This document shows, piece after piece, positions 41,101-50,100 of a DNA stretch of 64,000 nt (its first letter is position 1; every line of letters starts with the position of its first letter). The position numbers and the translations under genes are program-made. Under the pieces are notes generated by a model. It saw nothing but the letters and a program-made list of their open reading frames with translations. It was not told the origin of the DNA and made no database searches. Source of the DNA: a virus (taxonomy: Duplodnaviria; Caudoviricetes); IMG/VR virus record IMGVR_UViG_3300014205_000173, one strand, 5' to 3'.

Positions 41101-44100
41101 AACCTCATTTTTATCTTTAGGATTTATTGACAAATGACCTTCTGACTTCAACAAAGATGGAGTCATTAAAAGCTCACCAAACAATCTAAAGTCTGAGGCT
41201 GGAATTTCTTTTTCAGAAAATACAAAATTATTATCTGCATCAAATGTCATTGTTGTATATGACATTTTTTCAAAAAAATAATTATTTGATCCCAATTTAT
41301 ATTCTATTTTATAACTAGATATAAACTTTATTTCGTCACTACCACCATGAACAACAGTTAACCCACTTATCATATTTTCAGATTTGAAAATATTTTCAGA
41401 TATTCCACTTGAAACTAATTCTATGTCATACACACTCTGCCAACTATCGCCACCATCCAAACTCTTATATATTACATGCTTCCTTGTTCCAAAATCATAT
41501 GGACAATATGGATAGTATGATTTTCCATCAGTTATTAAATTTTCAGGTGAATCATAAACCCATAAAAGCTCTCCAGAAGAAAGATCATCAGAATTTATTA
41601 ATGGTTTCCCAAATAGATATTTTTTTATTCTGTTTGGCGAGTCCTTTATAGAAAAGTCATTAACCCTACATTTTATATAGATAATATTTGGATTTGTACC
41701 AACAGAAACTTCATCAACATTTAATGTTATTGGAAGAAATTCTGTAGAACAACTTTCCCAAACGATTGAAGTAACTCCACCACTTTCATCGAAAGCGTTT
41801 ATAGACTTAAATACGCCACCACCACAAGTTGCTGCATAAACAATATTTGAATTATTTGGACAAATACTAACTTCTTGAACATAAAGATTTTTAAGTCCAT
41901 TGTTTGCTTGCTCCCATGTAAGTCCACGATCTCTAGAAACCATAATTCCGCCACCATAAGAATATGATAAAAGATTATAGTTTTCTGAATAGTCAAAAAC
42001 AGAGTTATTTAAAACATCTTCTTTCCTAGGTGGAACTCCTACTGTTTTCCAAGAAAAAATTTTAGACCTTACACATCCCGACATTCTAACGAAGATGACA
42101 CTATCTCCAGAACTATAAACACCTCCATGTTCTGTTCCAGCATAAACTGTTTTCCCATCAGCATATAAACACCAAACTTGAGGATGCTTTTCTAGCCCTG
42201 TATACTGATACCAAGTTGTTGTTAATAAAACATATCTCCAAACACCTTCCTTTATTGTTCCTACATATAAGGTTCCATCATCTGCTGTTCCATATGCAAT
42301 ACTTATTGCATATTTATCAGAAGACCCAGACAATTGAGACCATGTTGGAGAAACAACAGTCACATCTGGACAATAATAAACACCATTGATTCCACAGGCC
42401 AAATAAACTCCATTAGAACCGTCTTCAACTGCGTCTCTAATTAAAATTTCCAGAGTTTTTTCACCACCAATATCTAGGGCATTAAAATCTGACGGAAGAC
42501 CATTGTTTATTTTGACGTATTCTTGTGCGTCCATAAAAACAAATCTGTCGTATCCATCCCAGCTAAATCCATTTTCCCAAGAAAAACCAATATAATTATC
42601 CACAGGATAGGTTGGATTCTCTAATATTGAAAAATTACCTTCACTTTGAGAGTTTTGTCTTCCAATTGAAAGTTTTATTTTGTATTTTAGTCCAGAAAGT
42701 TCAACTGACTTTACAATAAATGTTATCGGATCTTTAATCCCACCAACTTCATCTACTCCTTTGGATATTATTAGGTATGAGTTTAGTAAGCTTTCACTCC
42801 CGTATGCAGATATAAAGCTTCCAATATCACTGTAGGCAGGATGAGTAGAGTCTATTTCAAACATAAAAAGTTTTTCTAAAAGTTTATTAAACTTAGTATT
42901 TTCACTAAAATCCTTAGAATATCCCTGATTCGTATATCTGTATCCTGGATATTCAATTAACTCATCTTGTGCTTCGTCAAACTGTGTTTCTGAAAATGCA
43001 TATCCATAAGTAGTGTAATCATCAAGATACCCTGACAATGGTTCTGGCAATAAATATCTTTCTGCATTTCCGCTTAAGAAAACCCCATCTCTATCAGTAA
43101 TAACTAAAAGCCTTGTATCTCCTCCAGACAATGGTATTATTTTTACTATTGAGTTTTTATCTGGATGATGTTTAAATGGTTCTTCATATGGAGATTCTCC
43201 ATTCTGTCCATTAAACATAAAATCAAACTTAAAAAATGTCTTTGAGTTCGGAGAAACGCTCCCGCTTCCCTTTAAATCTTCTTCTTTCTTTCTTTCGTTA
43301 TTTGTAACTGACGAAGTTGCAACATTACTAAACTTATGTTTATTCCTAGAAGATTCAGAAATTATTGTATTCCCATTCCAACCAGATCCTTCACCAAAAG
43401 AGTCTGTAATGTAATTTATATTTCCAGAATCTAAAACATAATATAAATTTCCTAATTTTTTATCATATCTTTCTTGCTGATCCCAATCAAAAATCCCATT
43501 TGTAATTGTTCCTGGACTTTCAATTTTTTCATAAACAACAGAACCATCATCATCTAAAACTATTGGATATAAATTGTCAATACCATCGTTTACTCTCCAA
43601 ACCTTCCATTCAGAAGAGTTAATATCTTTAGAAGAAACTTCACTTGGAATATTTCCAATCCAAGAATTTTCCAAATAACTATTTGAAATCTGATCTCTTT
43701 TAAATATTCCAGATCCATCTGTTCCTATCCAAATTCTATCTAGATCTATATTCGCATCCTGATCAACAACTGTTTCTATTGAAGAAATATCGTTTTCTGG
43801 AAAAACAATTTTAGTCCATGTCCAAATAGAAGTTAATGGATTTAATGCGTCTGAAACTCCTTTAAAAACACCATTGTCCGAAGTTCCTAAATACAATATT
43901 AAGTTGGAAATATCTCTATATAAATCTATTGAAGTTATTTTTTCATTATTTATTAAATCTGAATCACTTAAAATTTTTGTAAAGTCAGTATTTGTTGTAG
44001 AAGAATCATGAACATAAACGCCACCATAAATATTTGTTGGAGAGGCTGCATATAAATAGTTTCCTGTATTATCAAAACACAAAGAACTAAATTTTGCATA

Positions 44101-47100
44101 AGGCAAATTTGTATCTGGATTAAGTTCCAAACCATCACTTATACAATACCATTTTTGTGTATCGGTGCTCCTATCTGTATATACAAAATTATCACTTACT
44201 GTGAACAATTTACCACTTGAAGTTATTACAAGATCTTTGCACGTCCTTTCTTCAATCTGATATTTACACTTTAAAATTTCACCTTCTTGAACAAAAGAGT
44301 TAAGGTTAGTACTATCAACAACAATATAGTCCCCATCTATTTCTTTTACTCTAAACGTAATAAATGGTCTTTTCTCAAAATACACAAAAGAACCTATTAA
44401 ATTTTCCTCGTTTAGTCCTACTCTATTCGTTAGTTTTATTCTATCAGTTTGAATGTCACTATAAGATCCATCTGAATATAAAGAAATTTTGTCATAAGAC
44501 CCATCGTATCTTTCTATTCTACATTGCACCCTATGATAATTAGCACTATAATAAGTATCTCCACTTACAAGCTTCTTAGACGCAGTAACTTCATACTCAT
44601 AATTACAGGAAGGATCTTTTATTATAAATCCAAGCAAAGAATTATCAACAGAATAATCTGTAGAAAGTTCGTCCTCATAACTCAATAGAATGCTTGCTTG
44701 ATTTTTTCCGTCTTCAAAAAGATCATCATAAACTACATATGTTCTACCTTCTAAGTTTGAAGAAAATATTTTTTGAGTATTAGAAGTAGTAAAATCATAC
44801 TCAAAATCGTTATAAAAATCAGGAGATGAATTTACAGAAGATGGATCTCTTAATATGGCTCTCCAGTTATTATGAATTTCTAATCCAAAATATTTATGCC
44901 ATAAATAGTATGGATCTTCTGTCTTATAGATAGTATTCCAGTTTGCTTCATCAGAATCTTCTTTTTTTTCTATTCTTAATGCTAACTGCCCACGAGCCGG
45001 AGAAGCTTCTCCGTCATAATATTGATCTAATACACCAAGCACTTTGGAATTATAAACTTTATAAAATAATTTGTTTTTTGGGTTTCCAACATAATAACCA
45101 GAAAGAGCATCTTCCGTCTGATACTCTAATGGTATTTCTGAAACTGTTTCATAGTCTACAATTAAAACAGTTTCATCCTCGCTAGTATTTGAGTCTGTCC
45201 AAATTGTAGATTTAACAGCATAGGCATTTTTATCATCAAAAGAACCTAACATTACTCTTGAGTCTTCTCCATTTGACTCTTTAGTAAATGATATTGATAT
45301 TGTATTTAATGCTTCACCAAATGGCTCGTTTGTTGAATACCAATAATCTCCACTTTCACTATCAATATTTGCACCAGATCTGTTTGCAAAATATGGATAA
45401 GTACCTTCTAGAACAAACTCCATCCTTCTAACATCTAAAGTTTCATTTTTATCGTTTAATAAATAATTAAATTCATAAACTGGACCTCTATCATAATTGT
45501 CTAAAATTTTATAAAACTTTCCATCTGGCATTTTTGCAAAATAATCAACAAATTTATGGTCTTCTAAAACTTTAGCAACAACAGGGTCTACGTCTACCTG
45601 ATAGAACATTCTTTTAGTATCTGTCTTTTCTGAACTTACATAAAGAGAATAATTTATAGCAGGGCTATAGGAGTCATGTAACGCTCCAGTTTTCTCGATA
45701 CCAATAGAGTCAAAAGAAATACTGTTACTTGCTGTGCCATAATTGTTTGCTGAAAAATTTGTTCTTGCAATATTTCCAGATCCACCCAATAGTTCAGAAC
45801 TATAGACTCCAAGAAAATTCATTCCAAAATAAACTTTATCTACATCTGATTTGTTGTTTACTATTTTTAAAATTGAAGAAGATATAAAATTAGATCCAAA
45901 AAGCAAATCTGTTGAAATCTCATTTGTCTTAGAAGAAATGTTTTCAGTTTCAGAAGAGTATTTTTTAACAAAAAGACTGTCATTCCCATAATAATAAACA
46001 GATCTAGAATCTGACAAATCTTTTTGATAGGAAAATGTGGTAAATGTTTTTTCTGAATTTCCAGCTAACCATATCCAGTTATTTCCATAATCATATGATC
46101 TATATAACCCAGACTCTAATATTGCATTTAAAATCCAAGGATGTTTGTCATCTAGAACAAGGTTTAAAATTTCAGGACTATCTTTTGTATTTTTATCAAA
46201 AATTGTGTTCCACACATACTCCCAAGTATTACTGCCTGAAAGCGTTCTATAGAAACCTCTATCTGTTCCAGCAAAACATATTTTATCATCAACAACAATT
46301 ACATTGTTTACTTTTACAGTAGATATATCTAAGTTGATATCTGAAATTACTGGCTGTCCTCCCCAAATAACAGTCCACTCATTGGTTTCGTTATTATATT
46401 GGATATATGCACCATCAATTTTTTCATCAAAAGAAGAGTTTCCAATAGGGTTTAGGGTTTCTAAAATAACTCCAGTCTTAGAATAAATTATTGAATTAAC
46501 ATCTCTTATCCAAATATTTTCATCAGTACCTGCATAAAATTTATTATTTACAGAATCATTAAAAACATAAAACAAAACATAATCAACATCACCAATGTCC
46601 GTTGAATTTTCTGAGTAAATTTCATTTTCAATAAAGCTTCTATCAAGATCTATTATAAAATCATTATCCCTGTAATTTGACACAAAAATATTTGTTAGCT
46701 TGGAAGTTATACTATTATCCATTGCCGGAATAGTAACAGATTGTAAGTTTTCAAAAAGTGTAGAAATTTCAAAATCATCATCTGTATTTATATATTTTAT
46801 AAAAATATTATCTCCATTTAGAGTTGCTGAAACTAACTCTATAGAAATAACATTGTCAGAAAGTAAATTTTCAGTAAAATCAGAAGATGTTAATTTGTTT
46901 CCGTTCTTAAATACAGTAAAAGTTCCCTGTTTGCCTTCTCCCTTCAATAAGGTAAACGTGGATTCAGAGCCATTTGCAACAAAATATTCATAGCAATAAA
47001 CTCTTTGAATATAAAATCTGTGAAGTGTATTTGCAGAAATTGTATATTTATAATTTTTATTATTTTTAGAGAATGTTATTGATCTTCCAACAAAAGCCCC

Positions 47101-50100
47101 AGGGGCATACACTGTATTTACGTTTTGAATCCAAGGATCATTTTGTCCTGAAGATGCTCCAAATGAAGTTATATCAAAAGAAACTTCTGTTGATGTAGAA
47201 AACTCCTGTATATCTTTAAACTTATGTTTTAACTGCATTAGCAATGTTAAAAGATTACTTGTTCTTATCCCGTCCATTTCGTAAGTAAGACCCATTGTTT
47301 CTAAAGAAAAAGAATCTTCAATTTCTTTGTGAGTATACTTTCCGGTATCTGTTATGTGCGAATCTTTTACTGTTATTCTTACTATATCTTCTATATTTAA
47401 TGATTTGTTAAAGTTAAATTTAGCGTTATCTTTTGTCCAATATTCTAACAAATCTATTCCATTTAAATTTAAAGAAATTTTTTCTATATCTTTTGAAGAA
47501 ATATCAAAATCTTCAATAAGTGAAAACGTTTTATATTTAGACGCAATTGTTATTGAATCTTCTATGCTTTGTGTTGAACTAAATTGTATTGATTGTCTAA
47601 ATGGATCAAAAGAATATGTTTCTACATTATTGGTTTCATACAATTCAGATTGAGGTATTCCATTAATAAGACCTAATGGTTCTAGTTTTGAATAAACCTC
47701 TACAACTAAATCTTGTGGAATTTGGCTAAAATCAGCAGAGTATCCGTTTCCACCTTCTACAACAATATAATTTCTATCACCTTCAATTCCAAATCCTATT
47801 ATTTTTAAAGGGTTTTTCTCATAAGCCCCACCAGCACCATCTGGAAAATATATCCAATCTCCTTCTTCAAGACCTTCAACCGCATTTGATATTTCGAACC
47901 CAAACGCATATCCGTATTCAGATAAAGACTCAAAACTACCAACGCCATAACCCATTTCAAATGAGTCAAAATCAAAAACATCAAAATAATTTAAATCTAA
48001 TCCATAACCATATCCGTAACCATATCCATAAGATCCATTTTCTTTTATTACATAAATTTTATTTTGAACAGAATCTACTCCAACAATTTTTAAATATTGT
48101 TTAGCTGAATTAAAAAAATTCTTATCTTCTGGCTGTCCAAGAAGTTGTGTTATATTTCTCCACGAACTACCCTTATCTGTAGATTGAAAAACACCATATT
48201 TACCTAAAGAAAATACAACATCGTCTGTTGTTGAAAGGGAATCTTCTTTATATATTCTATATGACGGATACAGTAAATCATTTATTGATGTTACATAATC
48301 TAAATTTTCAGATCTATTATACTCTACTGGTATTAAAGAATAATCAAATGACAGACTAAAAATTCCATCATCTGCTGATAAAACAAACTCGTCATTAATT
48401 ACCCTAATATCATTTAAGTCTTTTGAAGAACTAAAAGCTTCAGAAAATGTACAAGAATCAATTTCGTAGTTTACGCTAGAAATTGAAGTAAATGTTTGAT
48501 TAGAAACATATAGGTTTTCTGTTGTTAGAATAAAAAGCCTTGAATCATAAAACATTACTTCTATTGGAGTCCCCGAAAAAACAAAAGAATGTTTTGTCCA
48601 CTCTTTAATCATTCCAGATCTATAGAAAGACCCCTCTTTTTTTGGAAACGTTTTAGATAAAGTTCCCTGAAGTGCTATTTGTGCAGAATACGGAGAAGTT
48701 AAATTATATTGTATTAATGATATTTGTTTTTTTTCTACAAGCTTGTTTCCGAAAAATATTAAAATATCACCACTGTCTACTAATTTATTTGTTAGTCCAT
48801 CCCAAATAGTATTGGGCTCAAAAGTAATAGATGTTAATTGTGTGGTATTTGAAGGTATTGTAGATTCAAATCTATATTTTCCTATAGAGTTAAAATAAAG
48901 AGACCCTTCCTCTCCAACAAAAATAATGTCATTAGATAATTCGTCTTCATAATTTAAAGAAAATATCTTTGTTGCAGTTGTCCAAGTAGGCTCTCCAGTA
49001 ACATCAACCCACGTATATTGATTATCAACATAATCAAAACAATACACTTTTCCACTATCAGTTAAGATATATACTGTTTTTTCTAGATTTAAAATTCCCT
49101 TTCCAGAAACGGCAGAAACTATTCCACCTATAGAATCTACTTTCGAGTAATATATGTTATTTGTTCTTATATCTGACGGAGAATCTCCGGTTGTGTTCAG
49201 TACCTGTAATATCTTAGGAACCGGATCTGCTGTAGAACTTAAATTTATATTTGACCAAGAAATTGCAACAACAAACTTTTCGCTTATTAAAAAAATTAAA
49301 TCCCAATTATTTGTTGTTGGAGAATTAGCCGTTTTTACTGGTAAAACACAAAAAGGGGAATCAAACTCCTTTAGGTTATCCGAGGTATCAAAATTTATAT
49401 TTTTCCACCCTTCAAAATATTGACCCAAAGTTGATCCCATCAAAAAACCTTTTCTTGTTTCACTACTTTTTTGGCTTTCATCAAATGGAACAACATAGTA
49501 TAAAAGTCCATCTTTCGTACACAAATGAACTATTTGTTTTGAAGGAGTAATCCCAACACCGGGAAGTATTTTTGGTTGACCAAAAATATCAAAACAATTT
49601 CTTCCTGTCATTTTTTTATTATATACAGGAAAAAATTCTTTAAGAAAATTTTTATCTATATTTTCCGTTTGATGAACAAACTCTTCCCCTGAAGATGGAT
49701 TGTCAGGCTTCATTATCTCATTAAAAATACCAACGTGACTGAGCCTAGGGATTAAATCTTCATTAATTTTTCCAGATTTAATACTTTCTCCGCTAATCTC
49801 TATATCTATTTTTTCTTGAGACGGATTTGTTTGGGAAATAATAAGTTTGTTTTTTATTTGTGTATAGTTATTTTTTACATAAAAAACTAATTGAACAGTA
49901 TCTGTAGAATCAAGTTTTTGAGAAAACTCTAAAGTTATTGTACTTCCACTGTCTGTTATTGTTACTGGATCTGTATTAAGAAACCCATTAATAAAAATAT
50001 CTAAATCATAAGTTCCGCTATCAAAAGAAAATCCATAATATTCACTAAAAGATTTTCCGTTTATTTTTTTATCAAAAATATATGTTTTATTATCAGTGTT

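Noticed and set aside
42985-43030. DDYTTYGYAFSE in the 6299-aa protein as a fifth YG module
   Set aside because: It matches only the third element; there is no (YG)n tract or LDYFDV core
30626-48030. YG tracts as DNA microsatellites, CRISPR repeats or DGR template/variable repeats
   Set aside because: Synonymous codons vary, there is no repeat-spacer periodicity, no adenine-specific divergence pattern was noticed, and there is no reverse transcriptase or cas gene in the window
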